Source of the DNA: Macrostomum lignano
Taxonomy: Eukaryota
Direction of reading: 5' to 3'
Assembly (NCBI GenBank): GCA_002269645.1
Contig: NIVC01002410.1
Coordinates: 48,800-112,799, forward strand
DNA length: 64,000 bases
Each line of letters starts with the position of its first letter. Within the stretch, counting starts at the first letter, position 1. Position numbers and translations under genes: made by a program. This document shows positions 48,235-60,629 of this stretch, one piece after another. The notes under the pieces are model-generated. The model had not been told where the DNA came from. It searched no databases and saw only the letters and a program-made list of their open reading frames with translations.

Positions 48235-49560
48235 GCATTTTAGTAGCTTGAGGGGCATCTTAGTTTCTTTATATCACATATTTCGGTCCCAAAAGACATT
48301 GTAGCTCGTGGCTTGAGGGACATTTTTAGTGTCTTATATGAATGACATTTTAGGCTCCAAGAGACATTGTAGAAGCTGAGGAGACGTTTTTAGGTCCTGA
48401 GAGACATTGTAGTGGCTTGAGGGACATTTTTAGTGTCTTATATGACATTTTAGGCTCCAAGAGACATTGTACTCGTAAAAGCTGAAGAGACGTTTTTAGG
48501 TCCTGAGACGAGACATTGTAGTGGCTTGAGGGACATTTTAGCCACTGGAGAATATTTTCAGGTCATGAGAGACATTTTAGTGGCTGGAGAATATTTTCAG
48601 GTCATGGGAGACATTTTAGTGGCTGGAGAGACACTTTTAGGTCCTGAAGAGACATTGTAGTAGCTTGAGTGACATTTTTAGGTGCTGAGAGACATTTTTA
48701 GGTGCTGAGAGACATTGTAGTAGCTTGAGGAACATTTTTAGGTTCTGAGAGACATTGTAGTAGCTTGAGTGACATTTTTAGGTGCTGAGAGACATTTTTA
48801 GGTGCTGAGAGACATTGTAGTGTCTTGAGGGATATTTTAATGTCTTATATGACATTTTAGGCTCCAAGAGACATTGTAGAAGCTGAGGAGACGTTTTTAG
48901 GTCCTGAGAGACATTGTAGTGGCTTGAGGGACATTTTTAGTGTCTTATATGACATTTTAGGCTCCAAGAGACATTGTACTCGTAAAAGCTGAAGAGACGT
49001 TTTTAGGTCCTGAGACGAGACATTGTAGTGGCTTGAGGGACATTTTAGCCACTGGAGAATATTTTCAGGTCATGAGAGACATTTTAGTGGCTGCAGAATA
49101 TTTTCAGGTCATGGGAGACATTTTAGTGGCTGGAGAGACACTTTTAGGTCCTGAAGAGACATTGTAGTAGCTTGAGTGACATTTTTAGGTGCTGAGAGAC
49201 ATTTTTAGGTGCTGAGAGACATTGTAGTAGCTTGAGGAACATTTTTAGGTTCTGAGAGACATTGTAGTAGCTTGAGTGACATTTTTAGGTGCTGAGAGAC
49301 ATTTTTAGGTGCTGAGAGACATTGTAGTAGCTTGAGGAACATTTTTAGGTCCTGAGAGACATTGTAGTAGCTTGAGTGACATTTTTAGGTCCTGAGAGAC
49401 ATTGTAGTAGCTTGAGTGACATTTTTAGGTCCTGAGAGACATTGTAGTAGCTTGAGTGACATTTTTAGGTCCTGAGAGACATTGTAGTGGCTTTGAGGAC
49501 ATTTTAAAGCCTTACGAGGACAATTTAGTAAACTAGTGGGCATTTTTGGGGCTTAAGAGA
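48235..49560. repeat. Composite GAGACATTTT(T)AG / GAGACATTGTAG repeat with a ~507-bp higher-order duplication
   Basis: Unique variants (e.g. ACTCGTAAAAGCTG at 48471 and 48978) recur at offset 507. Confidence 0.9.
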
Positions 49561-49623
49561 CATTTTGGTCAGCTTTAGTAATATTTATTTAGTGTCATTC
49601 ATGCACCTTGCCGCCACCTACAG

Positions 49624-52600
49624 GAGGCCTGGGCTCAGCTATTCAACACCTCGGATGGCGGCCTGGCACTCGAGCTGCTCTCCGATCGCTGCCAAATCGG
49701 TCGGGCCGTCGACTGCGACTTGTCCTTGGCCGGCAACCAGTTCGTGTCCGGGCACCACTGCGCCGTGTTCAAGGATCCCGACGGCGGAGTCTGGCTGCAG
49801 GACACCAGCATGAACGGCACTCTGGTCAATGGCCGTCGGATTCTTGGCGACGTGGCCGAGCTGCGACAGGATGACGTCATCACTGTCTGTCCGCTGCCCG
49901 GCAACTCTACGGTGGCATTTCGCCTCAAACTGCTCGGCCACGAACAGCCGGATGAAGCTAGCGAGTCTGGCAGCGCGGAACCGCCTCAAACTATGGTCAT
50001 TCCCGACACGACTCTACCCATAACTGACGGCGACAGCGGCGAGGACCCGACGACCGATCAGCCGCCGACTAAGCGAACTCGAACAGATGAAGCTAAAGAT
50101 AAAGCTGAAGCTGAAGATGAAGATGAAGATGAAGCTAAAGATGAAGCTAATAAATCGGCGGTCACTACCAAAAAGGGTAAGTTAATATCTGAATAAATCC
50201 CAATAATAAATCCAAATAATGCTACTTACTTAGTAGTAGAGGTAGTACTTCATTATAAAAAACATTTTACCATCTTTGACCGAAAAATGCTAAGCCCAGT
50301 AAGCCTACAAAACAAGAAGTAATCTGGACACCTTGCTATTGCATCTACAGGACCTGATCAACCGGCAATAATGTTGGCAGCAGATCCCAGCACAGTCAGC
50401 AAAGTGCCAACAGTTTCAGCCGATGCTGCCGCAGCATCCGCATCCGCCTCTGCTTCATCCTCCGCTTCCGGCGATCCAATGGAAGCCAATCTGAACTGCA
50501 CAATTTGTTGCGAAATATTTCACGACTGCGTCACCCTGATACCCTGTCTGCACGGCTATTGTGCCGGCTGTTACAGCCAGTGGCGACGGACTAATCCGGT
50601 CTGTCCGCAGTGTCGCGTACGTCCGGAACGCGTGACCAAGAACGTGCTGGTGACTAATCTAGCCGAGGCTTACCTGGCTGCGCATCCGGAACGGCGGCGC
50701 CCAGCTGAGGAGTTGGAGAAGTGCGAATCCTGTTTGGCTTTGGTTGGCGGGCGGGGGGCTGCGGTCTGGGGGCGGATTTTGTGAGTTGATGGGTAGAGAG
50801 CGGATTCTGCGTGGGTAGATGGGTAGAGAGCGGATCCTGTGTGAGTAGATGGGTAGAGGGCGGATTCTGTGTGAGTAGATGGGTAGAGCGCGGATTCTGT
50901 GTGAGTAGATGGGTAGAGGGCGGATCCTGTGTGAGTAGATGGGTAGAGCGCGGATCCTGTGTGAGTAGATGGGTAGAGCGCGGATCCTGTGTGAGTAGAT
51001 GGGTAGAGGGCGGATTCTGTGTGAGTAGATGGATAGAGCGCGGATCCTGTGTGAGTGGATGGGTAGAGAGAGGATCCTGTGTGAGTAGATGGGTAGAGCG
51101 CGGATTCTGTGTGAGTAGATGGGTAGAGGGCGGATTCTGTGTGAGTAGATGGGTAGAGCGCGGATCCTGTGTGAGTAGATGGGTAGAGGGCGGATCCTGC
51201 GGGTAGATGGGTAGAGGGCGGATCCTGTGTGAGTAGATGGGTAGAGGGCGGATCCTGTGTGAGTGGATGGGTAGAGGGCGGATCCTGTGTGAGTAGATGG
51301 GTAGAGGGCAGATCCTGCGGGTAGATGGGTAGAGGGCGGATCCTGTGTGAGTAGATGGGTAGAGGGCGGATCCTGTGTGAGTAGATGGGTAGAGCGCGGA
51401 TCCTGTGTGAGTAGATGGGTAGAGGGCGGATCCTGTGTGAGTAAATGGGTAGAGGGCGGATCCTGTGTGAGTAGATGGGTAGAGCGCGGATCCTGTGTGA
51501 GTAGATGGGTAGAGGGCGGATCCTGTGTGAGTAAATGGGTAGAGCGCGGATCCTGTGTGAGTAAATGGGTAGAGGGCGGATCCTGTGTGAGTAGATGGGT
51601 AGAGGGCGGATCCTGTGTGAGTAGATGGGTAGAGCGCGGATCCTGTGTGAGTAGATGGGTAGAGGGCGGATCCTGTGTGAGTAGATGGGTAGAGGGCAGA
51701 TCCTGTGTGAGTAGATGGGTAGAGCGCGGATCCTGTGTGAGTAAATGGGTAGAGGGCGGATCCTGTGTGAGTAGATGGGTAGAGCGCGGATCCTGTGTGA
51801 GTGGATGGGTAGAGCGCGGATCCTGTGTGAGTAGATGGGTAGAGCGCGGATCCTGTGTGAGTAGATGGGTAGAGCGCGGATCCTGTGTGAGTGGATGGGT
51901 AGAGCGCGGATCCTGTGTGAGTAGATGGGTAGAGCGCGGATCCTGTGGGAGTAGATGGGTAGAGCACGGATCCTGTGTGAGTAGATGGGTAGAGCGCGGA
52001 TCCTGTGTGAGTAGATGGGTAGAGCGCGGATCCTGTGTGAGTAGATGGGTAGAGCGCGGATCCTGTGTGAGTGGATGGGTAGAGCGCGGATCCTGTGTGA
52101 GTAGATGGGTAGAGCGCGGATCCTGTGGGAGTAGATGGGTAGAGCACGGATCCTGTGTGAGTAGATGGGTAGAGCGCGGATCCTGTGTGAGTAAATGGGT
52201 AGAGGGCGGATCCTGTGTGAGTAGATGGGTAGAGGGCGGATCCTGTGTGAGTGGATGGGTAGAGAGAGGATCCTGTGTGAGTAGATGGGTAGAGCGCGGA
52301 TCCTGTGTGAGTAGATGGGTAGAGCGCGAATCCTGTGTGAGTAGATGGGTAGAGGGCGGATCCTGTGTGAGTAGATGGGTAGAGGGCGGATCCTGTGTGA
52401 GTAGATGGGTAGAGGGTGGATCCTGTGTGAGTAGATGGGTAGAGGGCGGATTCTGTGTGAGTAGATGGGTAGAGGGCGGATCCTGTGTGAGTAGATGGGT
52501 AGAGGGCGGATCCTGTGTGAGTAGATGGGTAGAGGGCGGATCCTGTGTGAGTAGATGGGTAGAGGGCGGATCCTGTGTGAGTAGATGGGTAGAGGGCGGA

Positions 52601-54706
52601 TCCTGTGTGAGTAGATGGGTAGAGGGCGGACCCTATTGTAGATACATCCAGTTTCAGAGCAGTCTGTTTCTACACAACAATAGATTTAAAACTCATTCAG
52701 GCTCGACAGTCTCAACGACATCGGCCGGCAGGAGGCCTTCCCGGTGGTCAGACAGTCTCCAGCTGATGAGGACGAATCCGACGAAGAAGATGAAGACAGC
52801 GATGACGACGGCAATGCCGGAGTCGCCTACTTTGGAATGAACCAGCTGTTCGGGTTCGCAGGGCCGTACCCGACCTATCAGCTGCATCGGTTGGCGACCC
52901 CACCGCATTTGCGGCACGTCTGCCGCCAGTGCCCGGGCTACCAGCCGCCCGACCCGCAGCAGCCGCTGGCGCCGTTGCGAGCTGCCGGCGCGGGCCCGCC
53001 GCCTGTGGACGGCTGTCCCCATCTGGACGATCTCCGATGGGAGCCGCTGCAAGTTGCTCACGTGTCAGTCTCTGCCAGTTTAATGACCTCTTAGAGAATC
53101 GCCCTAAATATCCTAGAAAATCGCCCTCAGCCTCCTAGAGAATCGCCCTCAGCCTCCTAGAGAATCGCCCTCAGCCTTCTAGAGAATTGCCCTCAGCCTC
53201 TTAGAGAATCGCCCTCAGCCTCCTAGAGAATCGCCCTCAGCCTCCTAGAGAATCATCGTCAACCTCTCAGATAATAACCCTCAGCATCCTAGAGAATCGC
53301 CCAAAGCCTCCTAGAGAATCGCCCTCAGCCTCCTAGAGAATCATCGTCAACCTCTCAGATAATAACCCTCAGCATCCTAGAGAATCGCCCTCAGCATCCT
53401 AGAGAATCGCCCTCAGCATCCTAGAGAATCGCCCTCAGCCTCCTAGAGAATCACACTCAGCCTCCTAGAGAATCGCCGTCAACCTTTTAGAGAATCGCCC
53501 TCAGCCTCTTAGAGAATCGCCTTGACCTCTTTAAAAGCACTTTAAAGGATGAAGAATTGCTCAAAGTACTTTCAAATCCGCCTCACACCCCCAGCTGCCC
53601 GGACAACCAGGCCCACCTGCTGTGCCAGTGCTGCTGGCAGGCCTTCCCAGACCGCCGGGCCGACCCGTCCTGCCCGGCCGAGAATCGCCGATTCCAGTGC
53701 GCCCTGTGCCAGCGCTTCTTCTGCCACGCTTACTGGGGCTGCCGCCGGCCCGGCTGCCTCGGCTGCCTGGCCGAATTCGAGGATTTCACATTCGGCAGGC
53801 GCGTGCTCGAGGACGTTGTCAATGGCAACCCGGTTGAGTCCAAGGTGATTTTCCGAATGGCCCTAAATCACCCTTCAGATTCGCCATAAATCACTTTTCA
53901 GAGCCGGGCCCAACCATCCCTGAGAATCACTCCAAACCATCCCTGAGAATCACTCCATCCATCGCTGAGAATCACCCCATCCATCCCTGAGAATCACTCC
54001 ATCCATCCTGAGAATCACTCCATCCATCCTGAGAATCACTCCATCCATCCTGAGAATCACTCCATCCATCCTGAGAATCACCCCATCCATCCCTGAGAAT
54101 CACTTCATCCATCCTGAGAATCACTCCATCCATCCTGAGAATCACCCCATCCATCCTGAGAATCACTCCATCCATCCTGAGAATCACTCCATCCATCCTG
54201 AGAATCACTCCATCCATCCTGAGAATCACCCCATCCATCCTGAGAATCACTCCATCCATCCTGAGAATCACCCCATCCATCCTGAAAATCACTCCATCCA
54301 TCCTGAGAATCACCCCATCCATCCTGAGAATTGCTCCTTCAAGGATCCATCCCTAAAAATGACATCATCCCCAATTCCATTGTCGCAGATCCTCGCCGAC
54401 TACCTCATCGCCAACAATATGGGCGTTCGCGACCTGCTCCGAGAGTGCTGCGCCCGCCTGGCCGCAGGCGAGTACCGCTGCAGCCGGCCAGTCCGGCCGG
54501 ACACCCCTGTGTGCTACGCCTGCGGCCAGGCCTGCCTCCGAGAACTGGCCCTGGCCTATCGCTCGGGCCTGCCCGCCGCCTCCCTGCCTGCCGAGGCGGC
54601 CAGCCGGCCCAACTGTCACTGGGGCAGCGAGTGCCGCACTCAGTTTAATAAGCCGGAGCATGCGAAACGGTTTAATCACGCTTGCCGGCGGACCAAGTTT
54701 GACTAG
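49624..54706 (+). CDS. CHFR: E3 ubiquitin ligase CHFR (FHA, RING, Cys-rich, PBZ), about 630 aa. Exons 49624-50176, 50351-50720, 52701-~53061, ~53548-53844, 54389-54706. No in-frame start codon found in the first visible exon
   Basis: FHA IGRAVDCDLSLAGNQFVSGHHC..LQDTSMNGT; RING CTICCEIFHDCVTLIPCLHGYCAGCYSQW..CPQCR; AHLLCQCCWQAFPDRR; CALCQRFFCHAYWGC; PBZ RPNCHWGSECRTQ..HAKRFNHAC. The exon 3/4 junction is ambiguous by a few codons. Confidence 0.93.
50780..52630. repeat. 30-bp minisatellite GAGTAGATGGGTAGAG(C/G)GCGGATCCTGTGT
   Basis: CHFR intron 2; source of both 497-aa artefact ORFs. Confidence 0.97.
53090..53525. repeat. 22-bp repeat CCTAGAGAATCGCCCTCAGCCT
   Basis: CHFR intron 3. Confidence 0.93.
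53910..54335. repeat. 21-bp repeat CCTGAGAATCACTCCATCCAT
   Basis: CHFR intron 4. Confidence 0.95.
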
Positions 54707-54744
54707 CTTATTCTATTAGCCTGCTGTGCTTTGATGAGACCTTA

Positions 54745-54808
54745 GTGAGCTAGTTAGTTAGTTAGTTAGTTAATCAATTAGTTAGTTAGTTAGTTAGTTA
54801 TTTAGTTT

Positions 54809-54841
<33 letters not shown>

Positions 54842-54890
54842 CTAGCTAGTTAGTCAGTTAGTTAGTTAGTTAGTTAGTTAGTTAGCTAGC

Positions 54891-54926
<36 letters not shown>

Positions 54927-54935
54927 CAGTTAGTC

Positions 54936-54977
<42 letters not shown>

Positions 54978-55051
54978 CTAGTTAGCTAGTTAGTCAGTTA
55001 GTCAGTTAGTTAGTTAGTTAGTTAGTTAATTAGTTAGTTAGTTAGTTAGTC

Positions 55052-55106
<55 letters not shown>

Positions 55107-55107
55107 C

Positions 55108-55145
<38 letters not shown>

Positions 55146-55215
55146 CTAGTTAGTTAGTTAGTTAGTTAGTCAGTTAGTTAGTTAGTTAGTTAGTTAGTCA
55201 GTTAGTCAGTTAGTC

Positions 55216-55254
<39 letters not shown>

Positions 55255-55255
55255 C

Positions 55256-55290
<35 letters not shown>

Positions 55291-55342
55291 CAGTTAGTAG
55301 TTAGTCAGTTAGTCAGTTAGTTAGTTAGTTAGTTAGTTAGTC

Positions 55343-55373
<31 letters not shown>

Positions 55374-55402
55374 CAGTTAGTTAGTTAGTTAGTTAGTTAG
55401 TC

Positions 55403-55457
<55 letters not shown>

Positions 55458-55458
55458 C

Positions 55459-55496
<38 letters not shown>

Positions 55497-55514
55497 CTAG
55501 TTAGCTAGTTAGTC

Positions 55515-55573
<59 letters not shown>

Positions 55574-55620
55574 CAATTAGTTAGTCAACTAATTGATTAA
55601 TCAGTTAATTATTTAGTTAG
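54745..55620. repeat. (TTAG)n microsatellite
   Basis: Just after the CHFR stop codon. Confidence 0.97.
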
Positions 55621-56059
55621 TAGGCAATCAGTCATACCCATTCCACTGACCCATGAGCACGCACACGCAGATACATGTACTGTTAAAAATGAGCTCGTAC
55701 AAATGCATGCAAAATTTTCCGCAGTTTTCTTAAGTGCAGACTTTAAGCTGCTTCTCTGCAGAATTGCTTTGCCGTATAGTTTGTGTTCACCGTCTGTATG
55801 TTACTTAAGTTAGTAGCGATATTTGCGTTTGTTTAAATGTACAATCTGTTCAGTGTTTATTTCATTCCTTTTATTAAACACTAATTAAAACAAATCGAGA
55901 CGCTCTTTGACGCACAGACTTTGCATTATGAAAATGTTTGTTAACTTTCGACTTGAAGGATGTACATGATAACATTTTTTTTCATATAATTTTGGTTTGA
56001 CTTTTTTATTTACTTGACGGCTGGACGCTTGCTAAAGTCTTTTTAATACTGTAACCCCA

Positions 56060-56720
56060 ATGTCCTGTAACCCCAACCCACCGGTGGACATCCCCAATGT
56101 TCTTCAATCCCCAATCCACCGGTGGACATCCCCAGTGTCCTTCAATCCCCAATCCACCGGTGGACATCCCCAATGTCCTTCAAGCCCCAATCCACCGGTG
56201 GACATCCCCAATGTCCTTCAAGCCCCAATCCACCGGTGGACATCCCCAATGCCCTACGGTCCCCAGTCCACCGGTGGACATCCCCAATGCCCTACGGTCC
56301 CCAATCCACCGGTGGATATCCCCAATGCCCTACGATCCCCAATCCACCAGTGGATATCCCCAATGCCCTACGATCCCCAATCCACCGGTGGACATCCCAA
56401 TGCCCTACGATCCCCAATCCACAGGTGGACATCCCCAATGTCCTACGATCCCCAGTCCACCGGTGGACATCCACAATGTCCTACGATCTCCAATCCACCG
56501 GTGGAAATCCCCAATGCCCTACGATCCCCAATCCACCAGTTGACATCCCCAATGCCCTACGATCCCCAATCCACCGGTGGACATCCCAATGCCCTACGAT
56601 CCCCAATCCACCGGTGGACATCCCCAATGTCCTACGGTCCCCAATCCACCGGTAGACATCCCCAAAGTCCTTCAATCCGCAATCCACCGATGGACATCCC
56701 AATGTCCTCCGATCCCCAGT
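56060..56720. repeat. ~38-bp repeat CCCCAATCCACCGGTGGACATCCCCAATG...
   Basis: Upstream of the TMEM223-like ORF. Confidence 0.92.
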
Positions 56721-56755
56721 CCAAAGTGCTGATATAAAGTCAATCAACTAAATGC

Positions 56756-57706
56756 ATGCCCATGCCAAGCGCATCAGTGCTGCAGTTGCAGCATCGCTGC
56801 TGCCGTCTTGTTATTCAACGATACCTTCGATTGGTTGAGCAGCACCGACTGAGACTGGGACAGCAAGGCTACAGGCGCTGCAGCAGCGGAGGCGGCGGCA
56901 GCGACCTTGGCCGGATTGCGCGTCGCTTGCGAGATCAACCAAGACAGCAAAAGCAGCAGCAGCAGCAGCAGCAGCAGCAAGACCCGAATAGCCAGAGCGG
57001 AGCATGGAGCGAGTACTCAACCCAGACGGCCGAGTTCGCCTCAATCGGCTCCACCCAGACCAGCAAAGCGGTGCTGCTATTCGAGGCTCCGCCTCACCAG
57101 CTCTACAAGCGCAACTGCCTATCCGGTTTAATCGCTCTGCTTAGCGCCTATCTGATGTTCGACCACCTGCGGCATAGTCGGCTGATTGCCGGACACGAGG
57201 AGGCCGCCCTGCAGCGTCGCCTGATGAGCGACGATGATTTATTGCAGTCTGGCGATGGCGATTCTGTTGATGACGCCGCTGACACCAGCTGGCTAACCAG
57301 TCTGGCCTCCAGCCTGCCTAGCAGCAGCCTTGGCAGCCCCATCAACCTGCTCATCGCCGCCCTGCTCAGTCTCACCGCCCTGCTATCTGGCATGTACGCA
57401 TTTGCTCATCCGCTGCGTCTGGCCCGGCGTCTGGTGCTGGAGCCCGGCGGCCATCTGCTAGTGACCAGCCTGACTGGTGCGCGCCGAATTCCAATTAACC
57501 AACTGCGCGCCGCGGCGCCGGCCAACCTGCGCTGGATAGATATGGCGCCACTGTACACGGATCATCTGCTCATAGCGGCGCCGCCAGCTGAGCCGAATCA
57601 AAAGCGGCCCAGGCTGCTGGCCGTTGATAAGGACTCGCGTTTTGTTAAAGAGCCGACTCTGATGGCCGCCCTGGTTAAACAGGTCCGCATGCAAGCGGTC
57701 CGGTGA
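56756..57706 (+). CDS. TMEM223: TMEM223-like mitochondrial membrane protein (TMEM70/186/223 type), single exon, 316 aa
   Basis: Arg-rich N-terminus resembling a presequence, then VLLFE, two hydrophobic helices, RLARRLVLEPGG, IPINQL and LAVDKDSRF in the order I recall for TMEM223 (VLLFE..RSVRSVVLRAGG..VPLKQV..LLDKTGHF). Comparison is from memory only. Confidence 0.62.
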   Translation: MPMPSASVLQLQHRCCRLVIQRYLRLVEQHRLRLGQQGYRRCSSGGGGSDLGRIARRLRDQPRQQKQQQQQQQQQDPNSQSGAWSEYSTQTAEFASIGSTQTSKAVLLFEAPPHQLYKRNCLSGLIALLSAYLMFDHLRHSRLIAGHEEAALQRRLMSDDDLLQSGDGDSVDDAADTSWLTSLASSLPSSSLGSPINLLIAALLSLTALLSGMYAFAHPLRLARRLVLEPGGHLLVTSLTGARRIPINQLRAAAPANLRWIDMAPLYTDHLLIAAPPAEPNQKRPRLLAVDKDSRFVKEPTLMAALVKQVRMQAVR

Positions 57707-57754
57707 CTGACTGAAGCTCAGAAGCTGCCTTGTGCTTTTGTAGAATCTTAAATC

Positions 57755-58070
57755 ACCCTTGAGAATCGCCCTAGCAACTCCTGAGAATCCTTGAGAATCG
57801 CCACAAACCATCCTTGAGAATCGCCACAAACCATCCTTGAGAATCGCCACAAACCATCCTTGAGAATCGCCACAAACCATCCTTGAGAATCGCCCCAAAC
57901 CATATTTGAGATTCGCCACAAACCATCCTTGAGAATCGCCACCAAACCATATTTGAGATTCGCCACAAACCATCCTTGAGAATCGCCACCAAACCATCCT
58001 TGAGAATCGCCACAAACCATCCTTGAGAATCGTCACAAACCATCCTTGAGAATCGCCACAAACCATCCTT
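57755..58070. repeat. 23-bp repeat CCTTGAGAATCGCCACAAACCAT
   Basis: 3' of the TMEM223-like ORF. Confidence 0.93.
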
Positions 58071-58399
58071 GTTCTTTTTGAGTGTAAAATATGAAGCTGT
58101 AAACTTCCCATAATATAGCTCGTACCTGTAGGTTTAGACCTGCTTAATTACTACTATAGTAAACTGTAAAATCTTAATAATAAGAAACTTTAATTGCGAA
58201 GAAAATAATTTTGTTAGTGCAATTTTCATCGGAGCGTAAATTGTTAATTTCTACTATTGCTTAAATAAAATTTTAAGGAATCATAAAGTTTAATAAAAGG
58301 CTCGATTTGTCTTTACTTTTTTTGCCAGTACCTCATTTAGCAATACCGACAAACTATTTTTAGTATATAGATTCAGTGAGTAGACTAACAGAGTACAGT

Positions 58400-59172
58400 G
58401 ATTGAGCGAGTGACTGAGAGTCAGGTGAGGATTGAGCGAGTGACTGAGAGTCAGGTGAGGATTTAGCGAGTGACTGAGAGTCAGGTGAGGATTGAGCGAG
58501 TGACTGAGAGTCAGGTGAGGATTTAGCGAGTGACTGAGAGTCAGGTGAGGATTTAGCGAGTGACTGAGAGTCAGATGAGGATTTAGCGAGTGACTGAGAG
58601 TCAGGTGAGGATTGAGCGAGTGACTGAGAGTCAGGTGAGGATTTAGCGAGTGACTGAGAGTCAGGTGAGGATTTAGCGAGTGACTGAGAGTCAGATGAGG
58701 ATTTAGCGAGTGACTGAGAGTCAGGTGAGGATTGAGCGAGTGACTGAGAGTCAGGTGAGGATTTAGCGAGTGACTGAGAGTCAGATGAGGATTTAGCGAG
58801 TGACTGAGAGTCAGATGAGGATTTAGCGAGTGACTGAGAGTCAGGTGAGGATTGAGCGAGTGACTGAGAGTCAGGTGAGGATTTAGCGAGTGACTGAGAG
58901 TCAGATGAGGATTTAGCGAGTGACTGAGAGTCAGATGAGGATTTAGCGAGTGACTGAGAGTCAGGTGAGGGTTTAGCGAGTGACTGAGAGTCAGATGAGG
59001 ATTTAGCGAGTGACTGAGAGTCAGGTGAGGGTTTAGCGAGTGACTGAGAGTCAGATAAGGATTTAGCGAGTGACTGAGAGTCAGGTGAGAATTAAGCGAG
59101 TGACTGAGAGTCAGGTGAGGATTAAGCGAGTAACTGAGAGTCGGGTGAGAATTAAGCGAGTGACTGAGAGTC
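58400..59172. repeat. 30-bp minisatellite GAGTGACTGAGAGTCAGGTGAGGATTTAGC
   Basis: Ends about 17 nt before the RABL3 ATG. Confidence 0.97.
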
Positions 59173-59188
59173 AAATGGAACAAGTAGA

Positions 59189-60331
59189 ATGTCTGATCAA
59201 TTTTCGAAAACCCCACAACCGCCGGCACAGGAAGACACGCTCCGTGTGAAAATTCTGGTGCTTGGCGACTCCGGCGTTGGCAAGTCCTCGCTTGTACACC
59301 TGCTGACCAATCACAGCGAGCTGACCAATCCAGCCTGGACTGTGGGCTGCTCATTGCAGGTCGGCCTGCACGAGTACAGGTCGGAGCTGACCGGCCAGGC
59401 TGAGCGGTTGTTCTTCCTGGAGTTCTGGGACATCGGCGGCTATCCGATGCACAAGAACAGCCGCGGTGTGTTCTACCACGGTGTACACGGCATCCTGCTG
59501 GTGCACGACCTCACTAACAGGAAGACTGAGCTCAATCTCAGTCGCTGGCTGCACGAGAGCTGCCTTGGCGCTGACACTCCGCCAGTGCTGGTGATTGGCG
59601 CCAAGAGCGACCTGTGCAAAGCCGATGCGCTGGCCAAGCGGCCAAACGGTGGCGAAGCTGCCCCTCGGATTGGCTGTCCGGAGATCCTGCTCAGCTGCGT
59701 GGACACCAGATCGCTGAGCGCTGGCACCACCAATGCCGTCAAGCTGGACCGCTTCTATGATCAGGTCATCGAGTACAGGCTGCGGCCCAGGGCCTCCACT
59801 CCGCCTAGGGTTGGACAGGTGCGCAACTGGGTGTGCGATTCTGGAATGTCCGGCTATGGGATTATGGGATGTCCGGATATGGGACTCTGGGATGTCCGGT
59901 TATGGGATTCTCGGATGTCCGGCTATGGGACTCTGGGATGTCCAGAAAAGGGATTCTCGGATGTCCGGCTATGGGACTCTGGGATGTCCAGCAATGGGAT
60001 TCTGGGATGTCCGGCTATGGGATTCTGGGATGTCCGGATATGAGATGATGGGATGTCCTGTTATGGGATTCTGGGATGTGCAGATATGGCATTCTGGGGT
60101 GTCCGGCTTTGGGATGTCCGGCTATGGGATTCCGTCTATGGGATTCTGGGATTTTCCGGATATGGTCATGCCTGATTATTGGATTCTGATGTCTGCTGAT
60201 GTCACTGAAATGGCTATCGAGCAGTTCTGTCAACCCAGCTTGTGTCACAAATTCGTTCACTTTCGCACTTTCACTTGCAGGCAATTTCTCGTCCCAACCG
60301 TCAACAGTCGAAATTGCTTCACGGCGAATAA
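59189..60331 (+). CDS. RABL3: Rab-like protein 3, 226 aa. Exons 59189-59818, 60281-60331
   Basis: RVKILVLGDSGVGKSSLVHLL, NPAWTVGCS, EFWDIGG, GILLVHDLTNRK, AGTTNAVKLDRFYDQVIE. Donor CAG|GTGCGC at 59818 and acceptor TTTCACTTGCAG at 60280 give a final exon AISRPNRQQSKLLHGE*. Confidence 0.93.
59840..60150. repeat. 23-bp repeat GGGATGTCCGGCTATGGGATTCT
   Basis: RABL3 intron. Confidence 0.9.
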
Positions 60332-60629
60332 ATCGTGCTCAAAATTGCTCACGCTCAGTCCTACAATCTCGCTGTGCGATTGCGAAGTTTCAATTCATTA
60401 TTGAAGTGTGTCAGTTGTGCTCGAACAAAAACTCTTTAAATATATAAACTTACTGGTCTTTCTGAGTTCTCTCGCAGCATAATTTGAATTAAGCTATAAT
60501 TGAATACAATAACTACTTAAAGTAAATCTATTTTTTATTTTCATGTACGAGTACAGTTCGTGGTTCTTTCTGCGAGCTGATGAATGAAAATTGATTTATA
60601 AATGGAATTTAGAGTGCCATAGAAGCTTA

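Noticed and set aside
54745-55620. (TTAG)n as interstitial telomeric repeat
   Set aside because: The unit is a tetramer lacking the GG/GGG of TTAGG or TTAGGG, so it is an ordinary microsatellite.
59819-60043. RABL3 C-terminus running into the 23-bp repeat, as in the ORF track
   Set aside because: A good donor at 59819 and acceptor at 60280 give a short terminal exon ending LHGE*, similar to the LHYD end I recall for RABL3 orthologs.
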